From assembly GCA_964482405.1 (NCBI GenBank), contig CAYZXH010000002.1, forward strand, positions 1 to 61,085: a stretch of DNA of 61,085 nt, given 5' to 3'. Made by a program: the position numbers and the translations under genes. This stretch comes from an uncultured Desulfurococcaceae archaeon (GTDB lineage: Archaea; Thermoproteota; Thermoprotei_A; Sulfolobales; NBVN01). Under the pieces are notes generated by a model, which was given only the letters and a program-made list of their open reading frames with translations, was not told the origin of the DNA and ran no database searches. Of the stretch, positions 9,713 through 17,786 are shown piece by piece. How positions within the stretch are numbered: position 1 is the stretch's first letter; every line of letters starts with the position of its first letter.

Positions 9713-10545
9713 GGATCAAGAGATTCTTGGTGTTGAGCAGCCTGATAATCTTGGTTCTAACACTCTCCCTAGCGTTTACTAAGGGCGCTCTAGGTCACTA
9801 CCCGCTCCCGCTACCCGGCGTCAGGTTATTAGCTTCTTGGTACTTCTTCACAACACTAAACCCACAATACCCTGCCTTCACGGCTATGAGTCCTGAAGCC
9901 GTTACCGCCATAGTCTGGGATTACAGAGGTCTTGACACACTCTTCGAGACAGCTGTTTTCTTCCTCGCCATAGTTGGCGCGCTAGCTTTAATGAGGGGCG
10001 TATCACTTAAGAGCGCCCTAAATAACGTGAACAATAGAGTTGGTGACGGCGGGTTAAGCCTAATATGTAAGACCGCTGCTAGGTTGTTAACCCCGTTGAT
10101 AATAGCAGTGAGCGCTTCTATAGCACTTCACGGGCACTTAACGCCTGGTGGGGGCTTCCAAGGAGGTTCTGCCGCGGCAGTAGCCCCACTACTAGTCTTA
10201 GTGATCTTCTCAGTGTATTTCTTGCTGAGTAAGGGTGTTTCAGAGAAGCCCATGCTTATTTTAAGAACTGTCGGTCTCGTAGGCATATACTTAACCGCCT
10301 TAGCCGCGGTCTTAATAGGGTTATTCACGGGACTTAACGCTTACGTCTTCCAAAACCAGCCTAAGCCTGACGCGCCCGTAGGACTGCCTGCCCAGATCTC
10401 GGGTGCGTTAATAAGTGGTTCACTACTCTTCTTCAACGTTTTCGAGTATTTAGCTGTGGCAGGGGGGTTCACGCTAGTTTTCATACTACTTTCCATACCT
10501 GAGGAAGTAGTGAAGAGCTTCATGGGTGGTGAAACTCATGAATGA
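9709..10545 (+). CDS. Mrp antiporter-like MnhB-type subunit (equivalent to fused MbhE+MbhF)
   Basis: 278 aa; AIVWDYRGLDTLFE (MbhE/MnhB N-terminal part) plus HLTPGGGFQGG (MnhB/MbhF core). Confidence 0.8.
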   Translation: MRIKRFLVLSSLIILVLTLSLAFTKGALGHYPLPLPGVRLLASWYFFTTLNPQYPAFTAMSPEAVTAIVWDYRGLDTLFETAVFFLAIVGALALMRGVSLKSALNNVNNRVGDGGLSLICKTAARLLTPLIIAVSASIALHGHLTPGGGFQGGSAAAVAPLLVLVIFSVYFLLSKGVSEKPMLILRTVGLVGIYLTALAAVLIGLFTGLNAYVFQNQPKPDAPVGLPAQISGALISGSLLFFNVFEYLAVAGGFTLVFILLSIPEEVVKSFMGGETHE

Positions 10546-10945
10546 GGTAAACACCTTCTTGTTCAACATCTTGTTATTCAGCTTATTCTTCAACGTAGGT
10601 ATATCACTCTACGGCATCTTCGCGAGACCTAGCTTAATAAAGAAGATAATTGCCTTAACGATATTCTCCGACACCGCTAACGTCTTAGCTATAGCTGTGG
10701 GTTACAGGGGGTGGCCCTCCCCGAGCCAACCACCGATCCCCCCAGTCATAACCACGACTGAGCCGTCGAGCGAGGACCTCATGTGGTTCGCTCGTCAAGC
10801 AGTAGACCCACTACCTCAAGCACTAGTGCTAACAGCTATAGTGATAGGGCTTGCCGTCACACTATTCTTAGTCTTCCTCACACTACAGGTCTATAGACTT
10901 TACGGGACAACGGATGTTAGGAGAGTAGCTAGGTTGAGGGGGTGA
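10526..10945 (+). CDS. mbhG: Mrp antiporter-like subunit (MnhC / NuoK-like)
   Basis: 139 aa, 3 TM, NuoK/MnhC-like pattern with an internal Pro-rich loop; 20-nt overlap with the upstream gene. Confidence 0.7.
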   Translation: MVKLMNEVNTFLFNILLFSLFFNVGISLYGIFARPSLIKKIIALTIFSDTANVLAIAVGYRGWPSPSQPPIPPVITTTEPSSEDLMWFARQAVDPLPQALVLTAIVIGLAVTLFLVFLTLQVYRLYGTTDVRRVARLRG

Positions 10946-10951
10946 GTTGAG

Positions 10952-11458
10952 GTGGGGTTTGCTGGTAAGGTCTCAGGGGTCTTCATCCTAACCTTCATCG
11001 TTTACGTAGTGTTTTCAGGGTCTATATCAACGTATGACTTAATCACGGGGGCTGTAGTAGCGTTAGTGACTTCATTGATAACCGCTAATCTAGTCGTAAG
11101 CAATCCTAGCAAGCTGTTTCAGGTTAGAAGGTTTGGCTGGCTCCTAGCATACGCGATCAGGTATTTCTTCGTGGACGAGGTTAGGGCACACCTAGACGTA
11201 ATGAGGAGGATACTACACCCTAGAATGCCCATAAATCCCGGCATAGTTAAGATCCCCTACGAGGTCGTGAGCGATTACGCCATGTTAACCATAGCTAACT
11301 CAATAACTAACACGCCGGGTACCGTAGTCGTCGACGTATTCCCCGAAGAAAAAGCTTTCTACGTTCACTGGATAAACGCCGTAGAGACAGAGCCTGAAAA
11401 GGCTAGGGAGAGTGTCTCGGAAGTCTTCGAGAAATTCGCTAAGAGGATTTTTGATTGA
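10952..11458 (+). CDS. mbhA: Mrp antiporter-like subunit (MnhE type)
   Basis: 168 aa with two N-terminal TM segments and a soluble C-terminal domain, as in MnhE/MbhA; assigned partly by position in the Mrp module. Confidence 0.6.
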   Translation: MGFAGKVSGVFILTFIVYVVFSGSISTYDLITGAVVALVTSLITANLVVSNPSKLFQVRRFGWLLAYAIRYFFVDEVRAHLDVMRRILHPRMPINPGIVKIPYEVVSDYAMLTIANSITNTPGTVVVDVFPEEKAFYVHWINAVETEPEKARESVSEVFEKFAKRIFD

Positions 11459-11470
11459 GGTGGTGAGATC

Positions 11471-13069
11471 ATGTACTACCTGAGTGTAGGTGTGTTGGTT
11501 CCTTCACTCATAGGTCTCGCGTTCGTGCTACCTTTACTGGGCATCATCGTAAAGAATATTAAGTTCTTCCACGCGTACGCGTCAGCAGTCTCACTATACG
11601 CGTTGGTCGTCGCCACATACAACTTCAGCATAGTCGTTAAAGAGGGTGTTAAAGCCTACCCCTTCAGCGGGTGGTGGCCCCCGATAGGCATATCCTATGA
11701 GTTAGACGAGGTGAATTCCCTCATAGCCTTACTCACTGCCTCGGTAATGTTCTTGATAACCCTATATAGCGCGTGGTACATAAGAGATTTGAAGGACGCG
11801 CCGTACTACTACACCCTACTCCTAGGTTTGGAGGTCGGCATGCTAGGCTGTATCTACACAGGAGACGCTTTCAACTTGTTCGTTATGTTGGAGGTGATGT
11901 CCATCAGTGCTTACGCACTAGTAGGTTTCTACAGAAATAAGCCGGAAGCTGTTGAGGCAGCAATAAAGTACGGGCTCTTCGGAGCCGTAGCTACCACACT
12001 ATACTTCATAGGGTTGGTCTTCATCTACGCTTCATTCGGGACACTCAACATGGCTGACTTAACAAACAAGGTAAGCTTGTTCTGGAGTTACAATCTAGTT
12101 TCAGGTTATTACTATGGTCAGGTATACGCGGCTACTGCGATAGCTCTAGCTCTATCTTTATGGGCCTTCACGTTCAAGTCCGCCGTGTTCCCCAACCACT
12201 TCTGGCTCCCTGACGCACACCCTGAAGCGCCAACGCCTGTCTCAGCCGCGTTATCAGGTCTTGTAGTAAACGTGGGTGTCTACGCCGTCTTCAGATTCTT
12301 ATACACGATATTCAATCCTTTCTCAGCGGTGAGGGATTTAAGAGACTTAATGCTTCTAGTAACGCTGGTTTTAGGACTTGCTTCAGGCCTTATAGGAGCG
12401 TTCATGATGGCTATACAAGACGATATAAAGAGGTTGCTCGCATACTCAACGATAAGCCATATAGGCCTGGTCTTAGTAGGTCTCTCCATAGGATCCTCAC
12501 TCCTCTCCAAGCCCGGCTCGCAAGCCTTCGTAGACGGGCTTACCGGCGCTTTCTACCACCTAATCAATCACAGCCTAGGTAAGTCCCTCCTCTTCCTCAC
12601 CGCCGGAGTTATAATATACGCGGTGGGAGGGACTAGAAGACTCGACGAGTTAGGCGGTGTGGCGAGGAGGAACCCATTATTAGGTGCCGCACTAATAATA
12701 GGTGTTCTCCAGTTGTTGGGTATCCCGCCATTCGGAGGATTCTTCAGTAAGTATCTGCTCTACGCTTCCTATCTTGAGGCAGGAGCACCCTACATCTCAG
12801 TAATCATTAACGTAATCTCAGCGATATCACTCTTAGGGTATGTTAGACTACTCTATGCCGCGCTCTTCACGACACCTAAGAGGGAGTTCGTGAAGACTAG
12901 CGCGTTACCCTCTATAATACTATTAATACTAAGTGTAGCGTGCTTGATGACCGGTTTACTGTCACCCGTCATGAGTGAGTGGCTACGCAGGTTTGTGGAG
13001 GCGACGACCTCAAGAGACGGAATACTTAATTACTGGCTACAAGGATATTTGATTTTCTGGGGTAGGTGA
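11471..13069 (+). CDS. mbhH: proton/sodium-translocating antiporter-like subunit (MnhD/NuoM-N family)
   Basis: 532 aa, about 14 TM; NuoL/M/N family motifs (WLPDAHPEAPTPVSALLS-like; HLINHSLGKSLLFL). Confidence 0.9.
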   Translation: MYYLSVGVLVPSLIGLAFVLPLLGIIVKNIKFFHAYASAVSLYALVVATYNFSIVVKEGVKAYPFSGWWPPIGISYELDEVNSLIALLTASVMFLITLYSAWYIRDLKDAPYYYTLLLGLEVGMLGCIYTGDAFNLFVMLEVMSISAYALVGFYRNKPEAVEAAIKYGLFGAVATTLYFIGLVFIYASFGTLNMADLTNKVSLFWSYNLVSGYYYGQVYAATAIALALSLWAFTFKSAVFPNHFWLPDAHPEAPTPVSAALSGLVVNVGVYAVFRFLYTIFNPFSAVRDLRDLMLLVTLVLGLASGLIGAFMMAIQDDIKRLLAYSTISHIGLVLVGLSIGSSLLSKPGSQAFVDGLTGAFYHLINHSLGKSLLFLTAGVIIYAVGGTRRLDELGGVARRNPLLGAALIIGVLQLLGIPPFGGFFSKYLLYASYLEAGAPYISVIINVISAISLLGYVRLLYAALFTTPKREFVKTSALPSIILLILSVACLMTGLLSPVMSEWLRRFVEATTSRDGILNYWLQGYLIFWGR

Positions 13070-13425
13070 GTGAGGTGAGCCCGCTCAATCTGGATCCTTG
13101 GACAGCAACCCTATTCTTAAGCGGTGTGTTGGTGTTCTCGACGCTCGTGATGTACCTGATTTATATCGCACTATCTAGGAAAACACTCCAGACTAGCCCG
13201 GAATACTCAGAGCCATACATAGGTGGGGAACCCGCAAGCGTTATAAAATCTGTTGACGTCTCAGTACGCAACTTGTTCTGGGGCGTGGTGAGGGGTGCTG
13301 GCCGCAGACTATACACCTTCTTAAGAGACCAGATGCATAACGGCGTATTAAATGATTGGGGTGTGTACATGGTGTCATACATAGGCTTGCTGACTTTAAT
13401 CGCGTTAATATACTTCATGAGGTGA
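13066..13425 (+). CDS. mbhI: small membrane subunit of the hydrogenase complex (MbhI-like)
   Basis: 119 aa with 2 TM; lies between mbhH and mbhM with a 4-nt overlap; assignment by position only. Confidence 0.5.
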   Translation: MSEVSPLNLDPWTATLFLSGVLVFSTLVMYLIYIALSRKTLQTSPEYSEPYIGGEPASVIKSVDVSVRNLFWGVVRGAGRRLYTFLRDQMHNGVLNDWGVYMVSYIGLLTLIALIYFMR

Positions 13426-13430
13426 TTTAG

Positions 13431-14438
13431 GTGGAGGAAGTAACGTTAATCGCGTTAATGGTCTTCAGCGCGCTGGTCTTCCCAGGACTCCTAACACTCT
13501 GGATCGCTTCAATGCTTAGCGAGTGGTGGGTTAGGAAGCTCTTCGCCAGGACTCAGAGGAGGATGGGACCCTCGTACGTAGGACCTCTCGGAATACTACA
13601 ACCGTTCGCGGACTTCCTAAAACTACTCCTAGCTAAGGCAGAGCCTAACTACAGGTACGGTAGCGTTAAGCTCGCGAGAATCTTCGGCTGTGTCGGGGTC
13701 GGGGCCATAACGGCCTCACTATTCCTACTACCTATATCACCGCTGAGAATAGCGTTTAATTTCGACGTGATATTACTGATCTACTTCCTTGGTGTCTGGG
13801 TAGCGATCTCAGAGCTGCTTATGTCAACCTCGCTCACAAACCCATTCACGATTAAGGGGATCTCAAGATTCTCATCTATCCTGGCCGTCGCGGAGCCGGC
13901 GTTCTTCACAGCGACCATAGTCCCCGTATATCTAGTGAGCCTGACCACTAAAGGAGAGCCTGCCTTCTCCGTTAGTACGACCGCTGAATTCGCGTGGACT
14001 TTATGGACTAACCCCCTGACAGCGATTCCCATGATCTTAGCGACTATAGCTGCTCTAGTATCCATCCAATCCAAGCTAATGTTCCCGCCGTTCAACATAC
14101 CGGAAGCTGAGCAAGAGTTGATAGCAGGGGTGGAGACAGAGTTTAGCGGTCCTCTCCTAGCACTCTTTAACTTCCTTCACGACGCGGATCTATACGTCCT
14201 CTCCTTAATCGTCGCCGTGATGTTCTTGGGAGGGCCGTATCCGTTCAGCGACAACCTAGTTCTAGGAGTTCTAGCAACCATCTTAAAATACTTAGTAGTC
14301 CTCACCCTCATAACAATTCTTAAGTCTTCCTTCGGCAGGTTCAGGGTAGAGCAAGGGGTCTCTACAGTAGTTAAGTATGCGTTGATTCCAGCGTTAGTAG
14401 CTCTAGTCTTCTCGGTAGTGGTAGTGGGTCTTATCTAG
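13431..14438 (+). CDS. mbhM: hydrogenase membrane anchor subunit (NuoH/HycD-like)
   Basis: 335 aa; NuoH signature RKLFARTQRRMGPSYVGPLGILQPFADFLKLL. Confidence 0.9.
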   Translation: MEEVTLIALMVFSALVFPGLLTLWIASMLSEWWVRKLFARTQRRMGPSYVGPLGILQPFADFLKLLLAKAEPNYRYGSVKLARIFGCVGVGAITASLFLLPISPLRIAFNFDVILLIYFLGVWVAISELLMSTSLTNPFTIKGISRFSSILAVAEPAFFTATIVPVYLVSLTTKGEPAFSVSTTAEFAWTLWTNPLTAIPMILATIAALVSIQSKLMFPPFNIPEAEQELIAGVETEFSGPLLALFNFLHDADLYVLSLIVAVMFLGGPYPFSDNLVLGVLATILKYLVVLTLITILKSSFGRFRVEQGVSTVVKYALIPALVALVFSVVVVGLI

Positions 14439-14940
14439 CGTCGCACGAGCTTAACGTCTTAGTGATTAAGTCAGCTAGGTAGTCCACAGTATCCCGTACT
14501 TCAGGACTAAGTCCCTCGCCCAAGCTCAGATCCCTCGCTACTATACCTAAAACCCACACATCCTCGAGTAACCCCTCCCTCCTCAACAACTCAACAACTA
14601 GGTTAACCGGTATCGAGTGAGTCGTTACTAATGTTATGGAATCGTTAATAGAGCTTAAACTAGCTATGAAGTAGTTAGGGGTCTCTACCCCCTGACCTGA
14701 AATTAGTGCGGCGTCAATTAGTAAGGCTTTTCTTACTGAGAGTTCTTCGATAATTGGCGTGCAGTTCTCTAAGCCGAACTCACACATAATGATCCTGTCC
14801 TCTGGGAAGCCGCGACTCAGTAAGAGTTCGCAGAGTTTTAAACCTGCCGCGTCATCACTCCTCAGCTGAGTGCCCACGCAGATGAGGCGGTAATCACCAC
14901 ACACCAAGTCCTTAATGCTGACCTCACCCACCACGATCAC
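14431..14940 (-). CDS. hycI: hydrogenase maturation endopeptidase (HycI/HyaD family)
   Basis: 169 aa; family motif VGTQLRSDDAAG (GNxxxxDDGxG-like). Convergent with mbhM (3-prime ends overlap by 8 nt). Confidence 0.8.
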   Translation of the reverse strand: MIVVGEVSIKDLVCGDYRLICVGTQLRSDDAAGLKLCELLLSRGFPEDRIIMCEFGLENCTPIIEELSVRKALLIDAALISGQGVETPNYFIASLSSINDSITLVTTHSIPVNLVVELLRREGLLEDVWVLGIVARDLSLGEGLSPEVRDTVDYLADLITKTLSSCDAR

Positions 14941-15241
14941 CTAACATACCTAGCTTGAGTCCTTTCTCTTTGAGGTCTCCCAGGTTATTAACGCACTGCT
15001 TACATATTCGGATTCCCGGCTCCAGCTCCACCGAGCAATTCCTGCAGACAGGCCTGCCGCACATCACACATGAAGTTACTGAGAGCCTAACATTACATAT
15101 CCTGCACATCAGGTCCTCGCAAACAGCGCAGACGCCTTCCTCATTCACGTGTCTCTCGCACACGTACCTGCCACATATCCTACACTTCCTAACCGCAGGC
15201 CTCTCCTCACATACCTCACAAAGGACTAACCCGCCACCCAT
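14924..15241 (-). CDS. tandem B-box-like zinc-finger protein (15 Cys and 1 His in 105 aa)
   Basis: Two internal repeats of C-x2-C-x8-C-x2-C-x4-C-x2-(H/C)-x6-10-C-x2-C. Its stop overlaps the hycI start by 17 nt. Confidence 0.7.
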   Translation of the reverse strand: MGGGLVLCEVCEERPAVRKCRICGRYVCERHVNEEGVCAVCEDLMCRICNVRLSVTSCVMCGRPVCRNCSVELEPGIRICKQCVNNLGDLKEKGLKLGMLGDRGG

Positions 15242-15260
15242 ACAATAACTACCTACGCAA

Positions 15261-16583
15261 TCACTGTTTAAGCTGCGACCCAGACCTAAGAATAATCAAC
15301 GACAGGATCAGTATGGTAGCACCAGCAACTAAAGCGATTATCGTTAAGACTTCGAATAAAGCCGTGGGAATAACTGCTTTAGTTGTTTTCTCGTGTGATA
15401 CACTAGTGCTGGGCGTCGTGATCGTTGTCTCGTTCAAGGGGCTCGTTGCAGTTGTCGTGGTGTTGGTTCCTTGAGGTTTTTCACTAAACATTCTCTCCAG
15501 CCTACCGAAAAGATCTTCACTCACTAAATCTCTCATCAAGTCTTCCGGCAACTTACTAGATTCATGTATCTCTATCAGTTCGAGATACTTGAAAGAAGTA
15601 TAGAATTTCTCAATTTCTTCTAAGTCCTCGCTAGTAACGTTAGAATATGTTGATTCACCCGTTATTAGTGTCGGGTAATACAGACGCGCCCAAGCGAGGA
15701 GATCTACTGAGACCCACCCGACAGTCGGCACGTAAATAACCACGTACGCGTGAGGACCTGCATTAATGAATCTTGTGAGGGAGCCGTAAACGTCTGTCAC
15801 GTAATCAAACTTCAGATAGACGTAGCCGTACTGAATCTTCGCCGGTACGCCGTAATACCACAGCAAGCTGAGAAGGATCCTAGACATATCATCGCAATCC
15901 CCCTCCCTCCTCTCTAAGACTTCCTCTAAGGATCTGGGTATAGCGCTCGCGTTATATTTTATGAGGTAGCCTCCGTATATGTAGTTAGCAGCCCACACAG
16001 CTAAGTAAGTCTTAGACACCTTACTCAAGCTTATGTTCGTGTAAAGTTTGCTACGCATCCACTCCTCAAAGAGAGGTACGACTACCTCGACCACCTTCTC
16101 GTTAGGCTGCAGAACATACTTCTCTACTACCTCCTCGGGGTACGGGTAATTGTAAAGGAATATGTTCCCGAGATACAGTGCTTGAGCTATGATATTCATC
16201 TCCTTACGTGACTCACGAATCAGGGTTACATTCAACACTACATAACCGCGTGTGTTATTGTTTATAGGGATCATAAAGGAAGTCTTATTCCCCGATGTGT
16301 TAATGGTGACATTCCCCCCTACTCTGAAAACACGCACTACCTGAGTATAGTGTGGCTCGGTGTAGTTGATGGGTGTTTCGAAAAAACCCTCGGAAACGTT
16401 GTTCGCGTACGTAATTACCGCCGCGTCAACATACGTTAAATTATACACGTCATAGCTCGGGGTTTCCTGAGCGTAGCTAGTGAACCATACTACGTACTGA
16501 GGCGCTACGGAGGAAAACACCAGAATTGCTAGTAAGGCGAGCAAGAGACAATGCCTAGTCTTCAACACACTATATCGAAACAC
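15261..16583 (-). CDS. membrane-anchored transglutaminase-like (Cys-His-Asp) protein
   Basis: 440 aa. N-terminal signal/TM, transglutaminase-core pattern GDCDD...GPHAYV...SVDL, many N-x-S/T sequons, a Thr-rich stalk (TNTTTTATS...TTITTPSTS) and a C-terminal TM. Confidence 0.7.
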   Translation of the reverse strand: MFRYSVLKTRHCLLLALLAILVFSSVAPQYVVWFTSYAQETPSYDVYNLTYVDAAVITYANNVSEGFFETPINYTEPHYTQVVRVFRVGGNVTINTSGNKTSFMIPINNNTRGYVVLNVTLIRESRKEMNIIAQALYLGNIFLYNYPYPEEVVEKYVLQPNEKVVEVVVPLFEEWMRSKLYTNISLSKVSKTYLAVWAANYIYGGYLIKYNASAIPRSLEEVLERREGDCDDMSRILLSLLWYYGVPAKIQYGYVYLKFDYVTDVYGSLTRFINAGPHAYVVIYVPTVGWVSVDLLAWARLYYPTLITGESTYSNVTSEDLEEIEKFYTSFKYLELIEIHESSKLPEDLMRDLVSEDLFGRLERMFSEKPQGTNTTTTATSPLNETTITTPSTSVSHEKTTKAVIPTALFEVLTIIALVAGATILILSLIILRSGSQLKQ

Positions 16584-16657
16584 TTAATCATCCACCCTTC
16601 ACATAACATTATCCCTTTAAATTCTTATAACTTCTTTACTTAACGTGGGCGTGATTA

Positions 16658-17590
16658 ATGAGGAGGGTTAGTGAGTTTAGTGAGCGTGAGTTGATTGAGG
16701 TTATCGCTAGTCTCCTCGGCGAATACTATGCTGATATACCTTTCGGTTACTTAGATGACGCGGGGGCTCTAAGGATTATGGATAGGTGGTTCTTTCTTAA
16801 GATAGACGGCACATCCTTTAAGACCTCGAAGTATCCTTGGATGGGGTTCGACGACCTGGCTTATAGGGTAGCTTTAGGTGCCGCCACAGACGTGATAGCG
16901 AAGGGAGGGGTGCCGGTAGCTCTCACAGCCTCAATAGGTCTCCGGAAAGACATGATGTTAGGAGATGTTGAGGAAATAGCTCGCGGTCTACGTGACTCCT
17001 GCCAAGCGCTTAAGGCGTTGTTCCTGGGCGGCGACCTAAACGTTTCCGAAGACGGCTGGCTAGACGTCGCCGTACTCGGGGTCTCAACCAATCCCGTAAG
17101 TAATAAAGGTCTGAAACCGGGACATAAGGTTTACGCAACGAAATGCTTAGGGATATCCTCGATCCCGGCACTAACATACTATGAAAAGATACTGAGTGAA
17201 GACCACATCGAGAAATTCCTTAATTCGTTGAGGAGACCGGATCCACCGTTAAGCTTCTTAAATGATGTCGGTAGGGTGAGGGCGTCCACAGATATTAGTG
17301 ACGGCTTAGAATCGCTGAGGAACGTCTTAAAAGTTAATGACGTGGCTATGAGACTGCGTGCGGAGGGTGTGTGTAGGGAGGTACTTGAGATCTCAAGACA
17401 GTACTCAATAGAGCTGAGGAAGATCTTAAGGTACGTGGGTGAGGAGTTCTCCATAGCTATTTTCACTGAGCAGGAAATGCCTGAAGATTACGTCTTAATA
17501 GGTGAGGTCGTGGAAGGCCCTCCAGGCCTCATATACCTTGAAGAGCAGGAGTTACGCGGCGGCTGGGACAATCTTAAGGGCTGGTTATAA
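16658..17590 (+). CDS. thiL: thiamine-monophosphate kinase-like PurM/AIR-synthase superfamily protein
   Basis: 310 aa; ThiL-like N-terminus (SERELIEVI...YLDDAGAL...DGTSF) and a PurM-type fold pattern. Confidence 0.55.
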   Translation: MRRVSEFSERELIEVIASLLGEYYADIPFGYLDDAGALRIMDRWFFLKIDGTSFKTSKYPWMGFDDLAYRVALGAATDVIAKGGVPVALTASIGLRKDMMLGDVEEIARGLRDSCQALKALFLGGDLNVSEDGWLDVAVLGVSTNPVSNKGLKPGHKVYATKCLGISSIPALTYYEKILSEDHIEKFLNSLRRPDPPLSFLNDVGRVRASTDISDGLESLRNVLKVNDVAMRLRAEGVCREVLEISRQYSIELRKILRYVGEEFSIAIFTEQEMPEDYVLIGEVVEGPPGLIYLEEQELRGGWDNLKGWL

Positions 17591-17740
17591 GAACTTTATC
17601 ATATGCTCCACAAATTAAGATACTTCTAGTGCTTGAGAGATCCTTAAATCAAAACCTAAGAAGCTCTACAAGAACCTACGAGGATCTTAAAACCTGCAAA
17701 CCAAAGATAGTTGTCAATCCTTGCTATTTGGGACGACGTG

Positions 17741-17757
17741 AAAATATTTATATTAAC
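17741..17757 (+). promoter_or_regulatory. candidate TATA box/promoter of the radical SAM (tes) gene
   Basis: aaaatatttatattaac lies 30-46 nt upstream of TTG 17787, at the end of a 196-nt AT-rich intergenic region. Confidence 0.35.
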
Positions 17758-17786
17758 AGAGTGAAAGTATAGTGAGGTAATGTAGG

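Noticed and set aside
16658-17590. HypE assignment for the PurM-like genes near the hydrogenase locus (16658-17590 and 32303-33313).
   Set aside because: Neither has the HypE C-terminal PRIC motif. The first matches a ThiL-like N-terminus, and the second resembles generic AIR-synthase-related proteins.
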